The position numbers and the translations under genes were made by a program. From Anthoceros angustus (lineage: Eukaryota > Plantae > Anthocerotophyta), in NCBI GenBank assembly GCA_010909165.1, contig MU008208.1, positions 153,545 to 217,544 on the forward strand: DNA of 64,000 bases. The letters are read 5' to 3'. Under the pieces are notes generated by a model. That model worked only from the letters and a program-made list of their open reading frames with translations. It did no database searches and had not been told where the DNA came from. Positions 34,901-49,370 of this stretch are shown here, one piece after another (positions within the stretch are counted from its first letter, which is position 1; each line of letters begins with the position of its first letter).

Positions 34901-37900
34901 AGGACACCGGGAGCAGGAATGCAAGAAGAAGAAGGTGAGCCCAAGGGACACCAAAACCGCTAACAGTTGTTACTAAAGCAAGGCATAATTCCAAGACCGA
35001 CATTGCTTTAAGCTTTGTTTGGTTGCATCCGAGTATAAATCTTCTTGGTCGCTCGACTGCAGCTGCTCACATATGCAGCCACAAACACATGTTTACGATA
35101 TATTTGTGATGTTCTTCATCGCTTTGTTCTCCTTGGCGATGACTGCCTCTCAATAGCGGGCATTGGCTGCTGACTTTCGAATTGGAAGATGGTTCTTCCT
35201 TCTACTCATTGATGTGCCGCATGTACCCGATGGCCAAGAATTTAATTTACGTCACTTGGTTAAGGATGGCATCTACTTGGACTTTGGCCGTGGTGATTGT
35301 CTACTCCTATCTATTCATCCGGGCGTTATTGCTCGAGGCCATCCTCGCCATGATTTATATGTCTTCAACGGCAAGCCCATGTTGGCGCTGGCTGGCTCCA
35401 CCGGCCGCCGCCCCGCCATCGTGGGGAGCTCACGCCATGGTGATGCTTTTCTCGCACTCTAGGCTTGGCCACATTAATCATTCCAAGCTCTTAGAGATGT
35501 CTAAGCAGGATTTGTTTAGGATAGGCGCCTACTTTTACAAAGACGCCACCGCTGTGTGAATCTTGTATTTATGCTAAGCAACGCAGCCTTCGTATCCCGA
35601 TCTCGCACGCTTGCCACTCACCTTGGAGCTTGTCCACATTGATGATCTTGTGGGCCACTGCTCCTTCACTTGGCGGGCTAATCATTTTATGACGTGTGGA
35701 TGACTTCACGTTATACTTTTGCTTACCCGCCTGCTTGAAGAGTGACTCCTGTATTTTCTCCTTGTTACTATGGCCGAGCTGCAACCGGTTGTATGCGGCA
35801 TTAGATCCGACAATCGGGAACTTAACAATCACCGCTTAAGGACTTTTGTCAAGAGAGGGGATCCTTCACACGGTTCCCTATACCTCCCAAAGAAATGGAG
35901 TTGGAAAAGCCAATGGTGATCTTTTACATGGCGCGAGCTATGCTCGCTCAATCCCAATTGCCTAAGTCCTTCTGGGCCAAGTCCAACACCGCTATATCGT
36001 AAATGTGGTGCTTTCCAAGTCCGTTACCAGCCGGACTCCTTATGAGTGCTGGCATGGGAGTAAACCCCTTATCTCTCATCTTCGTATCTTTGGATGCCCT
36101 GCCTATGCCCATATACCTTCTCAGCTTCGAGACAAGCTCTCTGCTCGTGCTCGTAAGTTGGTATTTGTGGGCTATGGCGAGGATCGCAAGGCATACAAGC
36201 TGGTGGACTTGAATACCCACACTCGACGATGCACGCCGTCACCTTTGATGAGTCCTGCCAGCACATCTTGACCCGCTCCCGGTCCCGCCTGATGTCGCCC
36301 CTCCGGCCTCGTAGCCCTCGATGGCTCGGTGACATTCACTTTGAGTTACATACTCAACCCTTCACTTTTCCCGACTGTGTTCTGCTTCGTTCTGCTCCTA
36401 CTCCGCCTTTTTTCACCCTGCCGGTCCCCATAGTTCCCGCCGAGGGGGAAGATGAACAAGCCATAGGGTTGCCCATGGATGAACCATTGGAAATGAGGAT
36501 GACTCCTTTGGTGTTCTTGAGACTCAAGCATCGAGACACCAGATCTCCACATTCCCACCAAAAGCCCCGACTGCTCCCGAGCGTAGGTATCCCTTGCGTC
36601 GACAACCACGCCACCTATGGAATGAAATACCCTTTGACTTGAGTTCAATCCGGCTATACTACCACTCAAGGTCACTTTGATGCTTTTAGTGCTCTTCGAG
36701 GGAGATCCTCTCACTCAAGAGAGGCATACTCACGACCGATGCTAAGTGGAAGTTTGCCGTTGATGATGAATATAATTCACTTATTAAAAACAACACATGG
36801 ACTCTCAATCTGCCCAAGGGCAGGACAACTGTTAAATGCAAGTGGGTTCTCAAAACTAAGTTCCAGGAGGTTGAGCCTCGTATCCGCCAAGGCGAGATTG
36901 GTGGCTAAGGGGTATAGTCAGAAAGAGGGAGTGGATTACCAAGGCGACAAAGTTTACTCACCCGTCGTCAAAGCTGCTTCCGTAAGAATGCTTCTAGCTT
37001 TATGTGCTGAGCTTAACTTGGAAATTTATCGACGCGACGGCCTTTCTTTATGGTCACCTTAAAGAGGAGATCTACATGGATCAACCAGAGGATTATGAAG
37101 ATAAGAAATTCCCTCACAAGGTGTGTAAACTACTCGCTCAATATATGGACTTAAGCAAAGCCCACGCTTATGGTACGAGAATGGATTCTTATCTCAAGAA
37201 GTTGGGGTTCATTCCAAAGTGAAGCAGACATACTAACATCTATGTACTTCGTCAGATAGCTCACTTGTACTTGTTGCCCTATATGTCGATGACTTAGTTA
37301 TTCCAGTGCAATAATGTTGAACTGGTCAACAAGATAAAAGTGATTTGAGCAAAGAATTGAGATGAAGGATCTCGCAAAGTTAAATATATTCTTGGAATGC
37401 ATGTACATAGAGATAGCACGGAGCTATTTATCTTCATCAAGGACGATATGTAGGTATGCTAAAACGCTTCAACTTGGAGAACGCACGCGCCCACACCAGT
37501 GCCGTTGGTGAAGTTTCATCCGCCTCGCCTCAGTAAGAGGACAAGAAGGAGATGGAGATCGGCTCACCGCATGGGAGTTGGCACTCATGTTCTTGAGTAA
37601 TCGACAAGACCGACATCTCAAACACCGTGAATGTTGTTGCTCGCCTTCGAGAATCCGTGGAGGGATCACGGTTGCTCTCAAACGCATCATGCTACCTCAA
37701 GGGTACTCAAAATTATGGCCTATGCTACAAACCTAGCGGAAAGAAGCGCCCCCGCTACATGTTATGTGGATGCAGGGCTTTGGAAAAGTATCTCAAAGAT
37801 ATTGCTTTCTTGGCTCCATCACAGTTAATTGGTCTTGTAGAAAACAAGCAGCCATATCACTTTCATCAATGTAATCGGAGTACAAGGTTTCACCCAAGCC

Positions 37901-38642
37901 ACCAAAGAGGTGAATGGGAAAGGAAGCTATGTGAGGATCTGGTATGACGCAGAAGGGCCAACAATACTTAATCGTGATAATATGTCAAGAATTGCTTTAG
38001 TTGCTAACCCCGTGTTCCATGCACGCATTTAAACACATAGAGATTCAACATCACTATATTCGTGATGTCTAAAGGGAATAGTAAAGGTACAGAGATGTAC
38101 CAACGACAACACAAATAGACATGTGACCAAATCCTTGCCCAAGTTTAAACACTGCCCCAGAGAAGGGCTTGGATTAGTAGAGTAGCTTTATGACGCTAGA
38201 CAAGTCACTCATATGGTGAGGCTTATCATCTTTGTTCCATCACTTGAAGTTGATGTTGTTGCATGCCTTGCTTCCCGCCACAACCGGTACTACTCCGTGA
38301 GTCCGGATGAGCCAGCGAGGGAGTACGACGAGTTGAGACAAAGTAGTGGAAGATCAGAGCACATTGCAAGACTCGACAACGAGTGGTCTCCTTTGTTTTA
38401 CGGAGATCTCGATAACTCAACGTGTCGAGAGGGAGAGTTAGAAATAGTGCATCATGCTGGTTAAGGTCGACTAGACCACCCAATGTGGATTAGTCAAACT
38501 AGACTCATAGTTGGTAGTTAGTTAACTAGCGTGCTAGTGAAAGGACACACCCCTCGTAACCATCCTTTATAAGCCCACCTATGAACTAAACATATTCATT
38601 GTTAAAGCATCTCGCTTGATGCAAGACGCCTGCATATGCATC
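31984..38642 (+). mobile_element. Ty1/copia A, copy 2
   Basis: LTRs 31984-32204 and 38436-38642; PBS 32205-32216; gag ATG at 34090; pol to ca. 38160. Confidence 0.95.
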
Positions 38643-40458
38643 CGGGCGTGACTTTCGTTGATGGCCAGCCAGCGCACAATCCCGTGTTGTTGAAGTAAGG
38701 GTCCGCTCCCAAGAGAATGATAGGCTGCTTTGCCGTTTCACTCATTTCTCACCTCACTTAGCAAACCGCTCGCCTCAACACACACATTCATCGCTTTATG
38801 CCCGACTACCCGCAACGTTTCACCGAACAGCCCGGTGGCTAAACGCTTAAGGACCCGTTTCAAGGCCCACGCTGCTCAAGTCGCCACTCTCCACTCTAGT
38901 CCGCTCCTCTCGCCACCACACTACCCTCATCGCCCTTGGAAGAAATCGCGAGTGGCTGCCAGCTGACCTCCCACGCCCGCCCGCCAGCCTCCGACTGGGC
39001 TCAGACGCCCGGAGTTCCTCCGGCTCACGCTGCTCGGCCTGGCCCAACGCTGGGCCGCCGCCCGACGAGCAAGGGTCCCTAGGCGCTATTCCCCGCACAC
39101 CACACACGCTAGGGGTCCGTCACCAAGACCTTGATCCTCTCCGTCCACCGCCTGCTGACTCAGACTCGCGTTACAAGAAGGCACACAAGGGCCTGCAAGA
39201 AGACGCGGCATCAACACCAAGAAAAAGATGATTTACTCAGACCTCGGCCCTCTTTATACCACGCCAAGGTCGGCGCCTTTATTACACCTCTATTCCGAAA
39301 TGAGAGCGGCGCCCTAATCGCCGCCTACTCTTCTCCCTATTCCTCCTATCTCCGCTGGCGTGGTGGGGCTGGATAGCCCCGATTCTGCCTTGGCACCGGG
39401 CGGCCCAAAGCCGAGCCCCGACGATCTGGGCGCACCCAATCGAATGATCCGCGAGGCGGACCCCTACCTCTCCCGAGGGTCTGCCGCCAGCGGCGGCCCG
39501 ACAACGCGCCACCACTAAGTCCTCCTCCTCTCCTCTTAACTCTCTCAAGGGGCCCCACAAAGCAGCCCTCCAAGGGCTGGATCTGCTGGGCTGGTGTTCG
39601 GTGGCTCTCCCCACTCCCCGAGTCCGCCTCGGACTCTGCCCGTTCGAGTCCGGACCTCTAGGTCCGGCCTTCCTCCGGGTCCGGCCTCGTGTCCGCCTTC
39701 TTTCGAGTTCGGACCTCGGGTCCGGACTTGCCTGGGGTCCGGGTCCTCGGGCCCAACCCTTCCTCGAGTCCGACCCCGTGGTCCTCGTCACTAGAGTCTG
39801 GACCTCTAAGTCCAGACTTCCTTCAGGGGGGCGGACTTGATTCGGCCTCCTCGTGAGTCCGACAAAGTCCGGACCCACGGGCTCCTGGTTTGCCTCCTCA
39901 CTAGGTGAGATCACGGGCTCATCCACTGAGCCCTCCTTGGTTCCCGAGTGCCCTGCGCCCCTTGCACGGCCTCCCAGGCCCTCCTCCCTTCCTTCCGCGT
40001 GCGGAGGTGTAGAGTGCCACCTCCCGGCACGGTGACCCTTCTTCCGTCTGCCCGGCCTGCTGCCGCCTCCTGCTGCCGTCCATCAAACAGCCCTAGGGTC
40101 CCTGTGGCTGTCTCGGTCCTTCCTCCTCCTCCGGCCCTTCCGAAGTCCGCCTTCCCGCTTGGTGGCGCAAGACCTCCAGAGCCTTGAGGAGCTCTGCGGT
40201 AGGTGAAGTCGGAATCGACTTGTTGAATCGCCTCCTCCACATGAGCCTGAGCAGGTACTCTCCTCCAGAGGTGCTCCGGCAAATGAGCATGTTGGCTCGG
40301 CCCTGGCCCGCCTCGTGGCTGGGCTTGCCAATGTGCGCCCTTGATGCCGTGAAGGCGGCCTCCATCACCTCCCGCAGCCTTTTGTCACATTCTCGACGCT
40401 CTCCTCCTCCCGTCGTCGCTCCAGCCCGCACATTTTGGCCATGCCGAGCTCGATACCA

Positions 40459-43400
40459 TGAAGATTTTATGAATTGAATTAATAAAACACAATTACATTA
40501 TTGATTGAATTGAAAGATCAAATAAAAGAGTAACTTGCTTATGCTTAAAACAACCTAATTAAGATACCAAGTGTTACGCTACTCGTAAGAGTCACAACCC
40601 TACCGAAAGGGTACTAGGTGACTAGACCTAGTTTACACATCGATAGGTTAACTAAACTAAGGTAACATAACCCTAGCATGAGTCAACACATAAACAATAA
40701 TTATTCCTTCACTCCCACTTGTTGATCATGACTTGCAGCCTCTTCTCTTCGTGGGTTCCTTGTGTTGTCCCTTGACATTCTGTTTGTCCGGGCGATTCGC
40801 CCTAGTTGCCGCACGCGAGTACCATAGACGAGCTACCTTGGCGAATAAAAGCATGGAGACACCCAGTGTGAAGTGGTCTGCAGGTGCGCTTACTCAACAA
40901 TAGCATACGCCTGCTTGAGTGTAGTTCTCATCCCGTGGCTAAGGAGTGCGGAGGGAGCATCATGTCTTCGCCTCGCATCCGAGACTCCGCCCAAGCGTAG
41001 AAATCAAGGGACCGCATGGGCACCACAAACTAGAACTCACCTCAGTCCACGATGTCCCCAGGGTACCAAAGGTAATCGCCTCGTGAAGGCCGAGGCACGA
41101 CCAAGGAGGTCCTAGCAAGGCGAGCCACGCCACAGCAAGTGAGCCCATGGGCGGCCCGCACAGCACCGCCTCATCCGGACTCCAAAGCCGACAAGAGTAA
41201 AGGCCCATGTTAATCCCGATTTCGGCTTTTCCGAGAATGAGACTAACCTCGTGAAGAGCCTAGCTTTCCTAAGCTGCAGACTGCTCAAGGAGACAGATCG
41301 TCTCTTATGGCTCCATCAAGCATCCGCAGCCCTCCGTGGTGGGTTTATGTGGGCGCACCAAAGCCGTGATGAGGGTCAAGGTCGAACTGGCTTACCCATT
41401 TCATGTGGTGACTTATAGTAAGATCCCGCTTCAATACTGCTTGCAATCTTTATTGTTGTGCATGTGAGATGCTACACTAAGCTCCCACCGTCTCGTGGCG
41501 GATCCAACATACGCTGAAGAAGAATCGAGCCTCAATCAAGAGGATTTCAGGCAAGGAGAGAGTGGAGGAAAACCACCGCCTCCTATAGCAGCCCGATCCT
41601 TCAAGATGAGGAGGAGAGTCACGGCCTGAGAATCGAGTCCGATGGGGATTCCTATTCTTTGAAGTCTCGTGATGAGACAAACTTCAACGACACCGAGAAT
41701 GCTCTTCTTTCGGCCGTAGCTAGAATGCTGAATGACTTGACTTTATGCACTACTACCTAGGGACTCCGAGGAGTCACCTAGGCCTAAAAACTTTACATGC
41801 TTCTCATGTAGATCCCCGCCAAAGCCTTTGTGAAAATGTCAGGGTTTTCTTGTGTTGCTATGTATTCCAGAGATATTGTGCTTGCAGCTAGTAGCTCTCT
41901 AATCCGGGTATTCCACGCCACATGCTTTGTCCCGGAGTGGAAGAAGGGATTTTCAGCTAGCAAATTGACCCTTGGTTGTCGGTCGATTTTGTGCAAGCAA
42001 CTCAATGCCAAGCTCAAAGCAGCTTTTAGCCAAATAACCTCCTTCGCTGCATAAGTACTGTATTCCCTGTGCTTGAGAGTGCAATCGCTGGTTGCTTTTG
42101 CTTGACCAACAAATAGGTCCTCCAAAGATAGCTCATAACATAACTCGACCTCCTCGTATCTATGTCACCGCATAATCGAATCGGTGTACGCCGAGGTCCG
42201 CCACACCATCTTTGTGAGTATACACATACCGCTTTGGTGTGCCTTCGACACCGGAAAACCCTCTTAACACAAGTCCAATGTGTCCGCCTGGGGTTTCGAG
42301 ATAATCGATGCAGAGCACTTGTCGAGTCGCTACCTCCGGGTCGTGTTGTATTGGCAGCATATATGAGTTTGCCCACACCTTGCCCGTATGGCACATTTCT
42401 CATATCGTCCTTCTCTGTAAGTATGGCGACATATCTTTGCTCAACTTGAAGACCACTTGGAAGAGGTGTTGCGCAGGTTTGGCATCTTTGAGTCCTAAGC
42501 CTGCACTTTCCAGATATCGGGGCTGAGTCATGGTAAGGATCCTTTTTTCTCTGTTGCGCTGAATGTGTATTCCTAAGCAACTTTGCAAAGGTCCAAGGTC
42601 TGACATCTTGAATTTTTGTGCCAACAGATTCGTGATCGAAGAGATAAAATCCAGGCTGTTGCTTGCAAGGATGAGGTCATCGACATAAACAGCTAAGTAA
42701 CAGATTACATCATTCTTGATGTATACGTATAAGCTGCTGTCAGCCTTACTTTTTGTAAAACCTAGAGCTCGCAACTCCTTGTCCAGTGCAGCATTCCATT
42801 TCATTGCGGACTGCTTAAGTCCATAGAGGCACTTAATTAGTTTGCAAGCATAATCCTCCTTGCCGTTAACCTCATAACCAGGTGGCTGTTGCATGTAGAT
42901 CTCTGTATCAAGGATTCCATGCAAGAAAGCCGTCTTCACATCAAACATCCTCAGTAGTCCTTGTCGAATCGCACATGGTCCGAAAAGTAGCAAGCTTGAC
43001 GAGGGAGCAAAGGTTTCGAGGTAATCTAAACTGGAATTTGTGTGAAACCTCTAGCAACCAACTGGCCTTGTATCTATCAAACGATCCATCCGCTTGACCT
43101 TCAATTTAAAGACCCATTTACATGACACTTTTACGCCTTGGGCAACTTTGCTAGTTCCCAAGTTCCATTCTCGATAAGAGAATCATATTACGGATTGCCT
43201 TTCTCCATTCCTTGTGATCGCTCCGAGAGCTTCCTCATAAGACCGTGGCTCTATGGGATCTAAGGCGCATAAGCCTTCACATGAGAAGAGGTAATCAAGT
43301 CGTGTGCATGATAGTAGTCGGAGGTCGACGTCACGTGTAGGGTAACGAGTAGGCTCGCTCATCGCCAGAAGTACATCATTAACTTCCTCTAATTCCTCGC

Positions 43401-46400
43401 CAAGCATCCGATCATCGCCGTTGCATCATCGATCGCTATACCGGTTGAGGAATGTGATCCTCAGATCTGGGCAAGGGTATTTCCTGTGCCTCCCTCTCAG
43501 GAGGGAGCGAGTGCCATGATCTCAGTCATAGTGAGAGAGTTCAAAGGTTTCGCCTGTGTGGGGAACATGAGTGTGTGCTCCACCGACGCCCAAGTACTTG
43601 TTTCATCAAATGTAACACTCAGAGCATAGATGACTCTATTGGTAGGGACATAGCTTATAGCTTTAATCCCTCTATACCCCAAAGATAAGCAGCTTGCGTG
43701 ACTTATCGACTTATCGCTTCGCTTAGGGATGAAGGCATATGCGAGACACCAAGGTCCTCAAGTGTTGAATAGAGGGCTTCTAAAAGCCTCATAAGGAGTT
43801 TTGCCTTCAATGTGGGTAACTGTTCAAGAGAAAAGTTGAAGTCATCAAAGCCTCACCGAGGGTAGTGGCAAATGAGCATCATGTAACAATGAGGAGACCA
43901 TCTCCGCAATGTGAGGTTCAAGCGCTCGCCACTCCATTCTGCCGTGGAGTGTATACGGTGAGTTGGCCCAATGCCTTCATCTGCTGTAATCGGAATTCAT
44001 TAGATGTAAATTCCCGCCATTATCGATCTCGGTCTTGAGTCGTTTTCTGTCCAACGCTCGAATTTGATGTATTCCTTGAAGTAGGAGAAACATTCGCTTT
44101 TGTTCTTCAGGATATAGGTGGTGACAACCGCTCTTGTCATCTCAGAACGTTAGAAAATAACGCCACCTCCTATGGACGCTTGAGATAAGGGTCCACATAG
44201 GTCGATGTACAAGCTCAAGGAGATCATCACACGATGAGGTGCTTTGTTCTTGAAGGCAGCTTGGTGTTTCTTCGACAACACACAAGCCTCACATAAAGGT
44301 ATGGCGCCAAAGGGCCAATAGGTCCATCTTGATACAGTCACCCAATTTTGCAGCTTTGCCATGTGAGGGTGACCCAAGCGTGCATGCCACAACTTAGACT
44401 TTGCGTTTGTGATGCAAGGAGACATCTTGTGTCGTGGGACTCGCTATTCCACTGCAAATGGAGACGGAATGATCGTGGTCCAAGACCCATGTGCAAGGAC
44501 CTTTCTAGGGTCAATAGCATCTATGATTCTACACTGTCCTAGTGAAACAACGGATCGTTGTTATCTGCATTCAATCTCTTGAAATAAGGTTTCTAGTCAT
44601 TTCGCACATAGTAGACTTCTAACAACATGAGTGTGATCCTCAGGAACTAGCAACTCAACTGCGTACCACTGTGAGACTAGAGACTGTCGTCCCCAAGGTA
44701 AACATACCGATCCGAAAAGACCTATATGTTTTGAAAGCATTTCTATCAAAGCGTATGTGTGAGCACCGTATCTAAATACCATTCATCTATTGGTTTCGAT
44801 TAGCTGAAAGGCAAGTGGAAGCAATGGACTAGCAAACTCCCTAGTCCCCTGTAAGAGCGATGGGGTATTAGCCTTCTTTACCACAACATTGGCGTCGTGG
44901 TGCCCTCCTTGCGGGAATTCCAGCTTGCTTTTGCGACACTCTTTTCCCAATGTCCGGCTTGCACGTTGCACTGCTTTTAGTCTTCTTCCCGGATGAGGAT
45001 CCGCCTGAGCTACCTCCCTTGGAAGGATTTCCACCACCTCCTTTGGAGAAGGATTTCTTGCCTCGCCCCTTGATTTGAGGTGTCTGTTGTGGTTGCTTGT
45101 GATTAGTTCGCTTGCCTCTTCTTGCGCATGGAACTCACAAGTTGTGAGAATGACATCTCGCATCTCTATGCCTTGCTTCTTAGCGTAGCTTGTGGCAGGT
45201 GGGAGGTCACAGTGTGACCAAGACTCGAAGCGAAAGAAGGAGCCTCATCACCATCTCATCATCCTTGATGGCAACTTTAGAGGCACCGCCGGGAGGCTAG
45301 GGTCCTAAAGGTACTCACGTGCTTCTCCACCGAGTCCCCATCCTTCATTCTCAAGTTCGAAATTTCTTAAAGTCATTGACCGACCATGTTCGCTGCAGAG
45401 TTCCTTTAGACGATTCCATGATTTCGGCTGAAGTTTCCACCTCATTCGCCTCAACATTGCTTGTCGTGCCACCGCGAATGAGGTACTTGGCTCCGCTATC
45501 CTTAGCTAACCATTCTTCTTCTCCCAAGATCCTCGTCTGGTTTCACTACCTTTCCGGTTGCATGTGAGCCCTCATTTCGAGGACGCCTCCATCCGGATCG
45601 CCATATGTCAAAGTCATTGCCATTGAACCGATCCTTCTCCTTGAAGGATTCATTACCTCCATAGTTTGGAGTTGAGGTGCGTTGCCATATTTATGGCTTG
45701 TTGTTCGACCTCGTTCAAATTCGTATTGAATATATCCCCAAAACCGTCTGATCGGACACACTGCTCATAACGCTTGTTGATTCGCAGTGTTTTGATCCCA
45801 TCCTCCTCGTGCAATTTTGGAGCTCCTCATCTCGAACCTATTGTAGGCATACGTGGAGCAAGATGGACACGAGTTAAGTGAGCTAAAGCTCACACGATTT
45901 GTCTTACTGCGTGTTTACTGTGTTTAACACCGGATTTTTGAGCATCTCGGGCTTCGAAGATAACCAGCTTGTAGTCCAAGTGTGCAACTTGCTCCTTCGA
46001 TCCTGTAAGTCAACGCTTGTAGACAAGTGTCCATTAATTTGTGTGCGTCATCACTATCCTGTTATTTGCTTCGATGCGATTAATTATTGTCGACACTGTG
46101 TTTGTGGCGCTTGAGTTGTGATGAAACCACGGGCTGCCTGCTTTCCATCAAAAGCTCTTTGTACACGCACTGCAAATTTAGTGGATTTCTTGGAGGAAGA
46201 GTAAACACCGATTCTTGAGGATAGAGAAATTCCACAATAGTATTAAATGCGTCTCGATCAGCAATTTGCATAGGTCTATTTTGGTTTTGTTGGCTCCATT
46301 GTAGGATGCGAATGTAATCGAGAAGCAATTGTGTGCCCATCGCAATTCTTGACCTATTTTGCCTAGGATGACGAGTAGGTGGGTGTTGCCAGTGCGCATC

Positions 46401-47022
46401 TAAATTGGCCATGTGCGAACAAGGATTTGTGTTTTATAAGTGCGAAATTGCATCTTATATTTCTTTTGTATTTTCTATATATAATTTTGCCCATTGGGCA
46501 TTGTTCTAGTGTATGTTCATTGCAATTGCTCAAGGGAGCAATTCAATGAATGCACGCTAGAATGGCTACCTAATGCAGCAAGAATTTGTATAGATTTTTA
46601 AAGAAAACAACACAAAATTCATTTCTTGATGTTTCTTTAAAAGTTCCTTTTCAAGAACATGTTATTATTCAAAACAATAATAAAACACATCTTTCGCACA
46701 TCTTCTAATGCAGAAATTTGTGTGTGCATACTAGATGCATCTCCATCTATCCCCGCCCGATACCATGAAGATTTTATGTGAATTGAATTAATAAAACACA
46801 ATTACATTATTGATTGAATTGAAAGATCAAATAAAAGAGTAACTTGCTTATGCTTAAAACAACCTAATTAAGATACCAAGTGTTACGCCTACTCCTGAAG
46901 AGTCACAACCCTACCGAAAGGGTACTAGGTGACTAGACCTAGTTTACACATCGATAGGTTAACTAAACTAAGGTAACCTAACCCTAGCATGAGTCAACAC
47001 ATAAACAATAATTATTCCTTCA
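40459..47022 (-). mobile_element. Ty1/copia B, copy 2
   Basis: LTRs 40459-40711 and 46766-47022; RT ORF 42400-42993 (MFDVKTAFLHG..LYGLKQS..YVDDL); gag ATG at 45688. Confidence 0.95.
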
Positions 47023-49370
47023 TCCCTGGCTCAGAATCGGACGAGCACACCGCTTCTCCTCCAAAGGCTTTCTTCCTCCGGCCTATCCTTTCCCGAGGTG
47101 CCACTTCCTTCTCCAGCGGGCTGCATCCCCGTCCGACTCCTCGGCCTCCACCTCCCCGCCGCACTGCTGGGACGCCGAACTCCTTGACCGCCGCTCCTCC
47201 GCTTCAAGCGGCCGAGGCGCGCTCCATCTCCGTCAAGTCTTGGATTCTCTCGCTGAGAACCCCGCTGCCCGGCCTTGAGTTGTGCCTCAAGGTATCCTTG
47301 CTATCCTCCAGCCCTCCCGCTGCCGCCTTCTACCTCCTGCACCGCACTCGAGGTCCCCATTTCCTGGCCGACCTCCAGCCTCCTCCTCACGGCTCGACTG
47401 CGTTCACGCCACCGCTCGACCTTCAGTTGGCTGCCACCCACTGCCTCCCTCCACCGGTTCGATCACGCCCATAGTGATCCCGGCCGACCTTCGCCACGGC
47501 CTGCCTCACCGCCTCACCGAGCCTGGTCTGACATGTTGGCCACCAGCCAGGTCGCGAGCCCTCTCCGCCTCCCCGTCGGCCTCCTTCGTCTGCAGAGATC
47601 CTCACTGCTTGGGCCTCCAGGCTCGCCTCACCGCCACCCACTGAAGAAACTTAGTCCGGCCCCGTCAATGGACCAGATTCCTTCCGCCTCCCGCGCCTTC
47701 CTCGATGCGGCCGAGGGCTTCCGCCTTCTTCCTCGCCGGGCCGCCCATCCGCCTCCCCGGAGGAGCACCATGCGCCTCCTTGGCCTCCACCTCGGGTCTT
47801 CTCGGCCCCAGAGACCCTGCAGCATACCGTCTATGACGGTAGCTGTGGACCCGCCGTGTCTCTTCCACGGCCGCCACTGTGAGGCCCCCAAGAAGTCCGC
47901 TAGGGGCATCTCGTCCGCCAAGGACCTCCATACAGCCCGAGCGAGTCCGGCTGGGCTCTCGACCTAATCAGACCCTAGGTCCCGAGTAATCGAGGTCCGA
48001 GCCTCACCTTCTTTGGCCCTCTTGGCCACCTTGTTCGCCTCTTTCTCTGGGCCTGAGGGGTGAGGGGTGAGGAGCACCTCTTGCCTCTCCGCGGAGACAG
48101 ACTGCCCGGTGGCCGCTGGCCTCCGCCTCCTTGGGCGGCGCCTTTCCGCCCTTCTCACCTTCTCGCCTCTTGCCACCCGCAGTGGGCAAGGGCACGGGCG
48201 CCCGTCCGGTGTCATGGTGGCACTGCCTTCCGCCTGGTCCCCGACGAGTCCGTGGGCTCACTGGCCGTGGTCGGGCCGGTCTGCTTGAGCCGAGCCGCCG
48301 CCTCCCGCCTGGGCCGCCTCTCCTGGCCGGCCGCCCGTGGCACCAGAGGAGGGAAGCGTGATGTCCTCCCACACTTCCCTGGTGGCGAGGGAGTCCGCCC
48401 AAACGTATGGAGTCCGGGATTCCTCCGCCTGCCTTCCTCCTGCCTCTTGCTCGGACGGACCCCACCTCCGGTTCTTCCTTCCGCCTAGAGGGCGGCCCTT
48501 CCGAGTGCGCCTCTTCTCCTTCCTTCGTGGAGGTTCGATGCCCCCACACATGAATTAAGAACGGCGATAACGCCGACGGAGGGGGCTTCTCACACCTCAG
48601 CTTGTGAGCCTCCTGATTGATCCTGGCGAAGATGATCCTTCCCTGCCTCGCCTCCTTCCTCTCTCGCAGCATGCAGAACACTGAGATTGTCACCAAGGTG
48701 ATCTACCTTGGTGAGCATGTTCCAAAGGACAATGATCCTGCCACGCCTCACTCTCCGGCCCAAAGAAGTCCGACATCAACCACCTTGGTTGTCTGCTGCG
48801 TCCTCGAGCAGGCGGCCTTTGCCGCCTATCTTCCTCCGCCTTGAGAGGTTCCGGACTACGCCCCACCCTCCGCTACATTGTACATCAGGACCTCAGACCT
48901 CCACCTCCTAGGGTCCTCTCAAGGCTCTTAGAGCGAACCTCCTTGTTGGTCGCCACAACATCTTCCCGGCGATTCCCGACTAGGGCGACTGTCAAGGTCC
49001 ATACCTGAAAACGTCCAGTGCCACTCCTGACCAGCCCCCGCCTCCTCCACCGGCAAGTCCGGATAGCGCTGGTGACGATGTTGCGCCCACCAAGCTCCAT
49101 GGCTCCCACACCTCCGCCGCTTGGGTCCCATCTTCCCGCCTTCCGTCTCGCTGGAGTGTGAGGCCCGCGTCCGCTCCTTGGCCTGGCCAATTGCTTCCTT
49201 CGCTGCCGAGCGCGGGGTGCCCGAGCGATCACAAAGACAACGCCAGAGGGCCGGTGTCTGCCGAGAGCAGCGAAGATCGCCGCGGTTGCTTGGGAGAATG
49301 ACCTCCGCCTTGCTCGCCGGCAATCACGTGAGGGGTGGCTTTTGCCGTCCAGAATCGTGAGCCTGCATGG
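47023..49370 (-). CDS. Athila-like extra ORF, N-terminal and central part (continues ca. 40445-39900 beyond copia B); product unknown, coiled-coil rich
   Basis: Coding-like blocks on the pol strand shared between copies: HGAWWAQHRHQRYPDL, DHCP.NMLTKVDHLVT, FARINQEA, FLIHVWGH; charged low-complexity region follows. Confidence 0.55.

Larger units (their letters stand above)
25450..49128. repeat. Large tandem duplication, unit 2 (ca. 23.7 kb)
   Basis: The junction CCGCCGCTTTCTTGGGTCCTGCTATC joins Athila ORF sequence (as at 49111-49128) to PPR sequence (as at 691-710). Confidence 0.9.
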
